Shown here piece by piece: positions 48,717-58,027 of a stretch of DNA of 64,000 nucleotides. Every line of letters starts with the position of its first letter. Positions within the stretch are counted from its first letter, which is position 1. Position numbers and translations under genes: made by a program. The stretch is from Methanomassiliicoccaceae archaeon. GTDB lineage: Archaea; Thermoplasmatota; Thermoplasmata; Methanomassiliicoccales; Methanomassiliicoccaceae. The notes under the pieces were generated by a model, which was not told where the DNA came from, did not search any database, and saw only the letters and a program-made list of their open reading frames with translations. The stretch lies in contig JAXGZN010000001.1 of assembly GCA_040776945.1 (NCBI GenBank), positions 352,001 to 416,000 on the forward strand, given 5' to 3'.

Positions 48717-49370
48717 TCATCTCCTCTTGCGGTTGAGCGACGCCCTGACCAATGCAACAGCCTCCTGAGCGCTCACGGCATGAAGGTCCGCGCCGATCTC
48801 ATCGGCGAACTCCTTTGATGTTGGAGGTCCACCTATCATTATCAAGGTATTGGACCTAACGCCGTCCTCCACGAGCGCATCCACCGTCGTCTTCATTGAA
48901 TCCATGGTCGGAGTCATCAGAGTGCTCATGGCGACGATTGACGCCTTCGATAGCTTGGCCTCACGGACAAATGTATCCTCGGGCTGGTCCTTACCTAGGT
49001 CGCGAACGTCATAGCCGGCGGCCACCATCATGGCCCGCACGATGTTCTTTCCAATGTCGTGGACGTCACCCTCAACGACGCCGATGACGATGACCGCCCG
49101 TTCCGATGCTGCTTCCACGGACAGATGGGGGAGCAGGAGGTTAAGCGCCGCATACATCGCATCAGCGGCGAGAAGCACCTGGGGCAAAAAAATCTTGTGG
49201 CGGGAGTAACGGTCCCCGATGATGTTCATGCCTTTTATGAGTCCGCTGTCTATGGCCTCCATTGCACTCAGACCGTGGCGTATGGCGTTATTGGCATGGC
49301 GTATGGCATCCTCCTTCTTGCCTGAAACTACTGCGTGCTCGAGCCCGGCGAGGATGCGCGCCTTGTCCAT
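48717..49370 (-). CDS. Methyltransferase cognate corrinoid protein
   Basis: FLPQVLLAADAM cap, GVVEGDVHDIGKNIV B12 motif, STLMTPT, IGG.P. Confidence 0.93.
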   Translation of the reverse strand: MDKARILAGLEHAVVSGKKEDAIRHANNAIRHGLSAMEAIDSGLIKGMNIIGDRYSRHKIFLPQVLLAADAMYAALNLLLPHLSVEAASERAVIVIGVVEGDVHDIGKNIVRAMMVAAGYDVRDLGKDQPEDTFVREAKLSKASIVAMSTLMTPTMDSMKTTVDALVEDGVRSNTLIMIGGPPTSKEFADEIGADLHAVSAQEAVALVRASLNRKRR

Positions 49371-49770
49371 GTTCCACCTTCCTGACAAGGACTTGATGGG
49401 AATGACCTGGTCCTGTCCGGTCGATGGATGAGGATTTCAATATTAATCCTTGGCACGGAAATGGGTGACCGATTCCGGACAGTGGACGGTCGAACGGCAA
49501 TGAACGTCAAGAGGGAAGCAAATAACATCGACCTATCTTGAGGCGCTCTTGTTCTCTGAAGGCTTATTATCTGACTTCACGGGCCAATGGACGCCTTAAC
49601 TACAAGCCCGTGTTCGTAAGCGCCTGATTAGACTGCCGTCGCATGGCCGACAGGGCTGCCTTAACGCATCTTATCGACTACGGCCGATATGCGGGTTCGT
49701 GAACGGGGAAAATTGGCAGTGGCATCCACCAAGGCCGATAACGTCAATAATGATAGGAAGTGTGCGGCGT

Positions 49771-50796
49771 TCAGAGAGCCATGTATGTCGCGTCGCGCAG
49801 AGCCAGAATATTGTCCAAAGGAGTATCGAACGGAAGCTCACATGCAGGCGCCAAGATCGATGCGTGGTCCTCGTTGTGCAAGGAACGTGCCCTTGAGACC
49901 TCGGCCCTTATCTGCTCCGGAGTTCCGCTATAGATCAGTGCGCGATGATCTATGCCAGCAACGATGCGGGTTCCGCCAAGACGCCCCCTGGCCTCATCGT
50001 ACCCGCTCCAATTCACTGGAATATGCATTGCTTCCGGGCGATACGCTTCTATCTCTTCCAGGATGTACGGCGATTCAGAGCAGTTGTGTACGATCACCTT
50101 CATCCCTTCGCCGTGGATGGTCTTGATCACAACACCGGTATGGTCTAGGTCGAATTCCCGGCAAAGCCCCAGCATGTTCTGGTCAGCATCCGCTAGCGCG
50201 TCGCTGATGAATATCACATCGACCCCAGAGACCGCTGCAAGATGTTTCACTTGCATTTTTTGCGAATCGGTTATTGTTCGAAGGAGCTTGTGCGCAAGGT
50301 CTGGTTCGACCATCTGAGCGATGAGGAGGTTTTCATAACCTATCACGCTCCCGGCGATTATGAACGGTGAACTCATGCCTCCGAGCACAGGGACCTCCTT
50401 CCCAATGGCAACGTTCATCATGGTAGCTGCTTTCAGGGGCACCGACCATTGTGGGTGCGATAAGGGATCGATAGGCTCAAGAAGTTCAACTTCCTCGAGA
50501 TGTATCGGTGTTTCTTTAGGATAGCGAACATCGCTTGAGAAGTGCAGGACCGCACCGAATGCGTTGGCCTCCATCAACAGGTCGCCCCAGCCGGCCATTA
50601 CGTTATCGTAACCGAACACCTTATGGGAGGCTAGGGATAGACGCGCGAACTTATGTGGATCGCAGAACGCCTCTCTCAAGCTCAGCCCAGTTCGCTCGAT
50701 GAGGTGTTGTGCTCCGCCAAGATGTTGGTACATCACTTGAGGCCGCTCTATCGGTTCCCCGTCCAACGCTGCCAAGAACATGTCCTTCGTGTTCAT
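49771..50796 (-). CDS. MtaA/CmuA (UroD-fold) methylcobalamin:thiol methyltransferase
   Basis: EANAFGA, HNC zinc ligands, APACELP.DTP..NI.A. Confidence 0.85.
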   Translation of the reverse strand: MNTKDMFLAALDGEPIERPQVMYQHLGGAQHLIERTGLSLREAFCDPHKFARLSLASHKVFGYDNVMAGWGDLLMEANAFGAVLHFSSDVRYPKETPIHLEEVELLEPIDPLSHPQWSVPLKAATMMNVAIGKEVPVLGGMSSPFIIAGSVIGYENLLIAQMVEPDLAHKLLRTITDSQKMQVKHLAAVSGVDVIFISDALADADQNMLGLCREFDLDHTGVVIKTIHGEGMKVIVHNCSESPYILEEIEAYRPEAMHIPVNWSGYDEARGRLGGTRIVAGIDHRALIYSGTPEQIRAEVSRARSLHNEDHASILAPACELPFDTPLDNILALRDATYMAL

Positions 50797-50946
50797 TGAT
50801 CAACCATCCCTCCGTAGAGAACGGAACTCTTTTTCCAATGTTCATATCGAGGGCGTGCCATATCTCGTTGTTGTCGCTTTGACCCTCATCATATGTCGAT
50901 TGTCGGTGATTATTGATACCGCACCAAGCCACATCATGATCTGACC

Positions 50947-51270
50947 TTAACGGCTTTTTTTCCAGCCTTGCTCCCTTATATAATCATCAATTACGTTGGA
51001 CATGTGCGTCGACAGGTTGCGCTCATCATACTTGTTGCCAACATGGTCGACCGTCCGGATCAGGAACTCGTGGTCACATTTTGGGCACCTGGCCTTTGGG
51101 CATGACCTGACAGCTTCAGGACAGCCTCTGCACGCAAAGGTTCGACCATATGTCAACGAGAACTCGAATGAGCATTGAGGGCACTTGAACTTCTTGATCG
51201 CGCTCACCGTCTGCTCAGAGAAACCGTGCTCCCTCATTGCCCTCAAATAACTTGGATCGATATTGCTCAT
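50947..51270 (-). CDS. Small Cys-rich zinc-finger/Fe-S protein
   Basis: CPQC...ACRGCP.....C...RCPKC.HEF. Confidence 0.75.
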   Translation of the reverse strand: MSNIDPSYLRAMREHGFSEQTVSAIKKFKCPQCSFEFSLTYGRTFACRGCPEAVRSCPKARCPKCDHEFLIRTVDHVGNKYDERNLSTHMSNVIDDYIREQGWKKSR

Positions 51271-51403
51271 GTGACTCCCTGCTGAACTTTCATGGTTTTA
51301 CGTTCGTTCCTTATCATCGCAAGTTGTATAAAATAAAAAATGGGAACAGGAGGAGGGTTGCTCCCTCCTCATGCTCCAAAGCGTTCTATGACCGGCGTTC
51401 CGC

Positions 51404-52504
51404 TTACTTGCAGACGACCTGGCCATACTTTTTGACCGCATCCACCTGCGCCTTGATGTTCTCAAGCTTGGTGCTAACGCCAGGGGGTACTTCGCAGTTC
51501 GAAGCGATGCAGTACTTGGACTTCAACCCTCGAGCGCATAGTGCTGTTGAGACCTCGTGGCACAGGTCCATGGTGACCTTTTCCATCTTCTCCTTGCTCC
51601 AGCGCACATATCCCTGGGGGTCGATCGTTCCACACAGGACGCAGTTGTCCGCATATCCCTTCTCTATGCAAACCTTGGCCGATGGAGAGCCGGGGATAAG
51701 CGGATAATAGGCCATGGTGTACACATCCGGCTTCATCTCCTTGACCTGGGAGTCCATATGTGGCAGGTCGGCGCAATTGTGTATCGCTAGGGCCATACCC
51801 TCCTTGCGGACCAATTCGTTGAGACCTCCAGCATATTTGTGCTGACCCTCGAACTCATGATATTCCTTGTCACCCAGGCAGGAGTATGAACCCCATAGGT
51901 AGTCCCACATGCAGGCGTTGGGCTTTGCCGTACCCATTCTCTTCACCATTTCTCTGAGGTACTCAGTAAAGACTGCCAGTGCCTTGTGGACAGCGGAGGG
52001 GTTGTTATACAAGTCCATTAGGACCTTCTCTGCCCCTGCACACTGGGTTAGGGACAGCAGCGGACCCTCCAGAAATCCCGATGTGATGGTCTCGGTCTTC
52101 AGAGCCTCCGAGAACAACCTCGTGCCTTCCACGATGACACCCGATCGGCCTTTTGATGGGTCGGGCATCTGGAGCTTCTCATAGTCCTCCGTGCTTTTTA
52201 TCACGGGAACATCCACGAAAGGAGTGTTTTGTTCATCCATGCGGACGTGTGCTCCAAAGTCGCCAGCGATGACCGAAAGGTCCATCAGGCCTATGGTGAA
52301 GTCCAGGTCGAAAGTCTTCTGTCCCTGGATAAACCCGGCAGCGAACTTCTTGGGGTCTGTAGCCCAATCCCTATATAGCATCGTGCCGTCTCCGACCGTT
52401 CGGCGGCTGACACCACAGGCGATGGGATAGGTGGTAAGCCGGTCCACCGGCTCATCTTTCAGAGATGCAACTACTCTCTCCTGGTGAGTCATTTTGTCTG
52501 CCAT
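51404..52504 (-). CDS. MtaA/CmuA (UroD-fold) methyltransferase
   Basis: MTHQERV, DLSV.A..FGA, GPL, HNC, GTIDP, ASNCEVP. Confidence 0.88.
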   Translation of the reverse strand: MADKMTHQERVVASLKDEPVDRLTTYPIACGVSRRTVGDGTMLYRDWATDPKKFAAGFIQGQKTFDLDFTIGLMDLSVIAGDFGAHVRMDEQNTPFVDVPVIKSTEDYEKLQMPDPSKGRSGVIVEGTRLFSEALKTETITSGFLEGPLLSLTQCAGAEKVLMDLYNNPSAVHKALAVFTEYLREMVKRMGTAKPNACMWDYLWGSYSCLGDKEYHEFEGQHKYAGGLNELVRKEGMALAIHNCADLPHMDSQVKEMKPDVYTMAYYPLIPGSPSAKVCIEKGYADNCVLCGTIDPQGYVRWSKEKMEKVTMDLCHEVSTALCARGLKSKYCIASNCEVPPGVSTKLENIKAQVDAVKKYGQVVCK

Positions 52505-52516
52505 GTTTTTTCCTCC

Positions 52517-53158
52517 TTATATTGAGGCCTTTACTTTGGCCACGGCCTCCTGGGCGTTCACGGCGTGAAGGTCCGCACCGATCTCTTCGGCGAACTCTTG
52601 GGAAGTGGGCGCGCCGCCAATTATGATCCTTAACTGAGCACGGAGGCCCTCCTCCACCATTGCGTCCACGGTGGCCTTCATCGAGTCCATGGTAGGGGTC
52701 ATCAGGGTGCTCATCGCAAGGACCTGTGCGTTGTTCGCCCTGGTGGTTGTGACGAAGGTGTCGGCCGGAACGTCCCTTCCGACGTCATGCACATTGAAGC
52801 CAGCGGCGGTGAACATGGTCTTCACGATGTTCTTTCCAATATCGTGGACATCCCCCTCAACAACGCCGATGACCATGTCTACCCTTTTCGCCGCTGCCTC
52901 CCTGGGAATGTGGGGCAGCAAAATGTCCAGAGCGCTGTACATCGCGTCAGCGGCGAGCAATACCTGAGGCAGGAAGATGGTGTGAGCAGCGTACTTCTCA
53001 CCAATGATCATCATCCCCTTGATCAGGCCCGAGTCAATCGCGTCGAGCGGCTTCACGCCACTGGAAATGACCTCATTGGCAATCTTGGCGGCATCCGCTT
53101 TTTTTCCGTTTACAACAGCTTGCTCCAATCCTGTCAGTATTTGGTCTTTTTTCGACAT
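52517..53158 (-). CDS. Methyltransferase cognate corrinoid protein
   Basis: GVVEGDVHDIGKNIV, GRDVP, STLMTPT, IGGAP; close paralog of 48717-49370. Confidence 0.94.
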   Translation of the reverse strand: MSKKDQILTGLEQAVVNGKKADAAKIANEVISSGVKPLDAIDSGLIKGMMIIGEKYAAHTIFLPQVLLAADAMYSALDILLPHIPREAAAKRVDMVIGVVEGDVHDIGKNIVKTMFTAAGFNVHDVGRDVPADTFVTTTRANNAQVLAMSTLMTPTMDSMKATVDAMVEEGLRAQLRIIIGGAPTSQEFAEEIGADLHAVNAQEAVAKVKASI

Positions 53159-53177
53159 ATCTTTCCATCTATCAATT

Positions 53178-53279
53178 CTTGGGCCCTTGTCCTCACAACA
53201 GGGCCGAGGTTTTTCCCCTTAGCTACTATGAATCCCTCGAGGACAGTTAATGATTGTTATGGATGGAGCATCCATCCAT
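53178..53279. promoter_or_regulatory. Two hairpins in the upstream region of the corrinoid/MT operon
   Basis: GGCCC-TTGT-CCTC-ACAA-CA-GGGCC and perfect ATGGATGGA-GCA-TCCATCCAT (53259-53279). Confidence 0.45.
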
Positions 53280-53749
53280 TAGTTTCTTCCTTTACTCAAC
53301 ATCTGGCAAGATTTTTCGCTCAGCCACCTTTTAACGCAGATGTGCATGTTGGAACGTAGAACGTATCTTGCTCCACGGAGCTTTCGAGATCATGCCTTCG
53401 GCTACATACGCTATCTTTCAGAGATGTTAGGCATCAATAAGTCATTGGCTCTAGGAGCTTCATTTATCATCTTGAACGCCGTTACAGATGTTTCAGTATC
53501 CTGAATCAAGAGAGCTGGAGAATGTGGCCTTAAGTGACCTGTTTATGTGAGCTAGATGTTTGGCCCATTGCCCTCTGATTGGATCGAGTGGATCCCTTGC
53601 CAGCCTTATACGTTTTAAGAGGGTCGCTGAGGTAGCAGTTTTCGATCTTCAATATGTCCTTTTGATCAAATTGGATATCGGTCATGTTTATTTTTCTAAG
53701 AGCGCCGTAACTTTCTCCCTGCCCCGATAAAATTCCCTTAAGCCATATG

Positions 53750-54298
53750 TCAACGGATCCGGGCCAGGCCTATAAGGGATCTCACCTCGTTGATATCAAG
53801 TTGCTCCTCCATCGTAACAAGGCTAAACCCTGCATAACTGCCTATTATCTCGACCTTGACGATAATGTCAGGCTGCTCCAGGTCCACGATGCCCTTCTGG
53901 ATGGGTTCGGTGAGCATCTTAACCAGGTCAAGGTTGGATCCGCCTTGGTACCTCCTTTTATTGAGCTCCATCTTCCAACGGTCACGTTCCCCGATCCTCT
54001 CGCCGAACGTTCTGGCCGCGGAGACCATGCTGTCAGGCTCGGAACTTACCCATTCTTCGATCGGCGTCCATCGATGAGTGTGACGAAAAAGCTCAGGGAA
54101 CCGCATGGCAAAGGCCCGGAGCTTCTTGGTGGCCTCTTTGCTGTCGCCGGTCACCCGGAGCAGAGCAAGGCCGCTGACCGACGATTCCATCATATCCTCG
54201 AGGACGATGCCGTTCTCCTTGAGGCGTTGGGCGATCTCCTCCTCGGCCTTCGCCTTGCTAGTGGGATGGAACGTGACGATTATGTTGTAGTCCCTCAT
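53750..54298 (-). CDS. THUMP domain-containing protein
   Basis: WKMELNKRR, VDLEQPDIIVKVEIIG THUMP signature. Confidence 0.8.
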   Translation of the reverse strand: MRDYNIIVTFHPTSKAKAEEEIAQRLKENGIVLEDMMESSVSGLALLRVTGDSKEATKKLRAFAMRFPELFRHTHRWTPIEEWVSSEPDSMVSAARTFGERIGERDRWKMELNKRRYQGGSNLDLVKMLTEPIQKGIVDLEQPDIIVKVEIIGSYAGFSLVTMEEQLDINEVRSLIGLARIR

Positions 54299-54371
54299 CG
54301 CTGCTCCCATAATTTCATTGAGAACCTTGCGTAGATAACTCTATCGAGCTCTGAGGAGCTATCGACCGGCG

Positions 54372-54839
54372 ATGGTCGAGATCGAGGTCCGGGCCATGGG
54401 CACGGGCGATGTCCCCGATGTTCGCTCGCTGATAGAGCGTACGGTGAGAGCATCATACCGGGACGCCTACTCGGAGCGGGCGATCGAGTTCTTCATCCAC
54501 TACCACGGTGAGAACGCGATAATGAAAGATCTCCGGCATAGTACCTGCCTGGTCGCTCTTGTGCGGGGCGAGATCGTCGGCACGGCAACCCTGCGCGGCG
54601 AGAGCATCATCAGGGTTTTCGTGGAACCGGAATGGCAGGGGACCGGCATCGGAAGGGAGCTGATCGGCTCCCTGCTGGACCAGGCCAGAGCGAGCGGATC
54701 GGAGCTAGTGAAGCTGGACGCTTCATTGGTCTCGAGGACGTTCTACGAGCGACTTGGCTTCCTGGTGGTCGCCGATAGGTCCCACGATCTCGGGAACGGA
54801 CATGTCCTTCCTTATCTCAAGATGATGTTACGACTGTGA
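54372..54839 (+). CDS. GNAT family N-acetyltransferase
   Basis: VFV.PEWQG.GIG, FYERLGF. Confidence 0.92.
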   Translation: MVEIEVRAMGTGDVPDVRSLIERTVRASYRDAYSERAIEFFIHYHGENAIMKDLRHSTCLVALVRGEIVGTATLRGESIIRVFVEPEWQGTGIGRELIGSLLDQARASGSELVKLDASLVSRTFYERLGFLVVADRSHDLGNGHVLPYLKMMLRL

Positions 54840-56084
54840 CCTGTGCCTGATTGCCACGAAGAACACCGAGGCCCCGGCGGCGGTCATAAGGATGGAGAGG
54901 AACGTCACATCCCAGCCGAACTGGAAGAGCATGGCCACTGAGGTGAGGGAGCCCACTATCGCCGACAGAAGATAACCTCGACCCATGCGCATCCCCTTGC
55001 GGGAGAACTGTATCACTGACAGGTTCACCGCCAGGAAGACCATGAATATGGTGAAGTTTGCGACATTGGCGGTGAGCTCGATGCCCCCTAGGAAGGTGAA
55101 CACCAGGGACGCTCCCGTGGTTATAGCTATCGCTGACATGGGGGTCCCCCGCCCCGGGTGCACCTGCGACAAGATGCTGGGAAGGGCCGAGCGCTCGGCC
55201 ATGCCGTAGGCGATGCGCGATGAGGCGATTAGGATAATGAGCACCGTGTTCGCGGTTGCCATCAAGGCTATGGCGGACAGTAGAAGAGAGACCTCCTTTC
55301 CAGATGATGCCATGGCAACATCGGAGAGCGGAGATGTCGAGGTGGCCAGCTCATGATACGGCAGCACGCTTACCACTGAGAGGGCGGTGAGGATGTAGAG
55401 CACCGCGGTGATCAGCAGCGATAGGATGAGGGCGAGAGGTATCGTCCGGGTAGGATCCTTGGTCTCGTCACCGATCTTCACCAGACCCTCGAACCCGATG
55501 AACGCGAAGAAGATCAGGCCTACCGCGGCGATGACCCCTGACGGCCCAGCGGGCGTCTCCAGATAGTCAACATTGCCCAGGAACCCCGCGCCAAGGACGA
55601 TGACTATCACCACGCCCGCCAGCTCGATCATGGTCAGTATTACGTTCAGGATGAGCGATTCCTTGATGCCGATATAGTTGACCACCGCCATGACCAATAT
55701 GAGGACGGTGGCCCCCAGCGCGACCGGGGTGCCGGTCAGCCCATAGAGATAGCCGCCGAAGCCCAGAGCGACAGCGGACCCTGAGATGATGCTAGATATG
55801 AGGACGAGCCATCCTACTAAGAACGCCCAGAAGTTCGAGCTGAAGGCCTCCTTGACGTACACATACTCGGCCCCGCTGGACGGGAACATGGAAGCAAGCT
55901 TAGCGTAGCTCAGCCCGCTGAACAGCGCAATACCGGCGGCGATGGCGAAGGCAAGCCACACTGCGTTTCCGGCCTCGCCGGAAGCGACCCCGATGAGAGC
56001 ATACACGCCGGCGCCGAGTATCGTGCCGACCCCGTACGCCACCGCCCCGAACAGCCCGATCTCCCTGCGCAGTCCCTCTGCCAT
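54828..56084 (-). CDS. APC family amino acid permease
   Basis: G.ILGAGVY, SYAKLAS.FP.SGAEY, FFAFIGFE, ETKDP.RTIP, SRIAYGMA; ATG 56084. Confidence 0.92.
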   Translation of the reverse strand: MAEGLRREIGLFGAVAYGVGTILGAGVYALIGVASGEAGNAVWLAFAIAAGIALFSGLSYAKLASMFPSSGAEYVYVKEAFSSNFWAFLVGWLVLISSIISGSAVALGFGGYLYGLTGTPVALGATVLILVMAVVNYIGIKESLILNVILTMIELAGVVIVIVLGAGFLGNVDYLETPAGPSGVIAAVGLIFFAFIGFEGLVKIGDETKDPTRTIPLALILSLLITAVLYILTALSVVSVLPYHELATSTSPLSDVAMASSGKEVSLLLSAIALMATANTVLIILIASSRIAYGMAERSALPSILSQVHPGRGTPMSAIAITTGASLVFTFLGGIELTANVANFTIFMVFLAVNLSVIQFSRKGMRMGRGYLLSAIVGSLTSVAMLFQFGWDVTFLSILMTAAGASVFFVAIRHRSQS

Positions 56085-56157
56085 CGGCGGTGTAACGGGC
56101 CCATCGAATAAATACCAAGGTCCGGTTTTTTCTACTAACGATACTATATGGTCGAGC

Positions 56158-56733
56158 ATGGCGGCAGAGATGGCCCCCGGCCAGCCTACGGGCTGGTGGC
56201 GCAGGACGGTCGCAAGAGAGGCCAGGAGGAACACCATAGGTCTCGGAGAGCGCATCGGGAACATCATCGGGGTCTTCTTCGTCCTGCTGTTCTTCCTTGT
56301 CCTTATTGACGTGCAGGTGAGCGGTGTCGGCTTCTTCACGGATGGTTTCGGCCCGGAGGCGCAGTTCCTGCTGTATGGCTCCCTGCTCTACGGCATCTTT
56401 CCCGCCCTGCTGCGCGCGTTCACCGCCGATCGGAACCTGGGGCGACTGGCGGACATAGCGGGCTCGGTGTTCACCATCGCTGCAGGAGCCTATCTGTACC
56501 TGGTGTTCCCCTTCGATGTGCCGTCCCTCATTACCTACATCTTCGGGCCGGCGGGCGACGTGTTCTCCTGGGTAACCAACGATCTGATGAAGACGGTGCT
56601 TCTGTTCGCCGTTGCGGTCTCGGCGATCTCGGCGGCATACAACGTCGTTCTCTATCTATCGGTCAGGGAGGAGCTGAGGGGGCGGCGAGAGGCCGGGGCG
56701 GGAACCTCGTCGTTCGGACCCGGGCGGGCCTGA
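56158..56733 (+). CDS. Hypothetical membrane protein
   Basis: About 4 hydrophobic segments; divergent from the permease. Confidence 0.7.
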   Translation: MAAEMAPGQPTGWWRRTVAREARRNTIGLGERIGNIIGVFFVLLFFLVLIDVQVSGVGFFTDGFGPEAQFLLYGSLLYGIFPALLRAFTADRNLGRLADIAGSVFTIAAGAYLYLVFPFDVPSLITYIFGPAGDVFSWVTNDLMKTVLLFAVAVSAISAAYNVVLYLSVREELRGRREAGAGTSSFGPGRA

Positions 56734-56745
56734 TCCGCATCATCC

Positions 56746-56962
56746 TTACCTACTGCGATCGGAGCCGCAGGTGGCCTCCTTGCTGCCTCCAGGCGCGACC
56801 CTGATCATCGCTGCCGCGCATCCCACGGCTGAATAGACGAGTACCGCTCCCGCGAGGCGATCTAACTGGCAGTCTCCGCGCCCCATGCAGCGGGGCGGAG
56901 CGTCCAGGACCGCCTTCCTGCCTTCCGGGCAGAGTACCATGAGGACGACCCTCTATGACCAT
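56746..56962 (-). pseudogene. hgcB: Decayed hgcB (mercury-methylation ferredoxin)
   Basis: IEGRPHG / GRKAVL..P.RCMGRGDCQLDRL.GAVLV.SAVGCAAAMI....G.KE.TCG; each deviation from CMECGACQLNCP is a single-nt change. Confidence 0.8.
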
Positions 56963-56969
56963 GGTCTTG

Positions 56970-57657
56970 GGAGGCAATATATTTCGTCGGAAGGACCGAC
57001 CGCAGTGCAAACAGCGGAATAACGCTCTTCACAGCCGTAAGCTCGACCATTGTGTCATAGGCCCCTCCGGCCAGGAAAAGTAGCGCCGCTGCGGTGACGG
57101 TTATCTCAGGGCGAACACGACCTCTCTCGGGACCGGGACCGCGTGGTCCTTTAGCGGAAAGGTCGTCCTCCTCATCTCCTTGGCTGCATGACCGAGACAC
57201 AGGCGTCCCATGTGTTCCTGACACTCACCGGACCGTGCTCCATCAGGAGTCCGGTCTGCATCTTAGCCTTGTGAGCGGTCACCCCGGGCGCACTCAGCTG
57301 CGGGAGGACCGGCCGGCGATGGTCCGCCAGGTCCGCCGGACCAGTGCCCCTTATCTTGGGAACAGTCTCTTCGGTCCCGAAGGCGCCCTTGCCGACCGCG
57401 CACCGCTCATTGATGGTTCTGGCGTCCAATGTTAAAACGTACGCGTCGACGCCTTCGAGATTGACCTCAAGGGCATCCATGCTAAGCGTATGGTCCTTGA
57501 CGCTATCGCCGTGGAGCTGCGGCATGTGGTCTCCCACAATGCAGGCCAGGCATCGACCGATTATGCGTCCGCAGTTACCCTTCTATTTCCAAAAAAGGTC
57601 CCAACGGTGCCGGGGAGCGATCTCGATGGTCGTGCTCATGATCTCCGGTACGATCAC
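56970..57657 (-). pseudogene. hgcA: Decayed hgcA (mercury-methylation corrinoid protein)
   Basis: HTLSMDAL...VLTLDARTINERCAVGKGAFGTEE...HRRPVLPQLSAPGVTAH...GPV; upstream frameshifted STT.EI...HRWD / MPGLH; downstream TM fragment ..LPTK. Confidence 0.85.
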
Positions 57658-58027
57658 ACCTGCTCGAGCAGGGAGCCGGCCCTGTCCTTCATTGAGGCCG
57701 CCGTACCTTGACCTTGAGCATGTACGGGCATCAGACCGTTCCGTCCCGCTACTGTGTCACCACCGCCGACCTATCTGCCTGTTACGGTCCGAGCTTATCA
57801 CTGACGCTAATAGGCGGCACGGTCTGGCCTCGTTCGTCCATTAGATCTATGGTCTCTTTTTTCGTCTCTTTTTGCCCATAACAAGGGTCGTTCGGCAACT
57901 CGTTTTATCCTTTGACTTAGGATCGGGCCTGCTTAAGGAGGGTAAAGGGCCGTCTGTTCTCGTTGATCTGATGGCTCAGACCGGTCAAAAGTAATTTAAT
58001 ACCTCGGTCCACCTCCCTAGAGCGACC

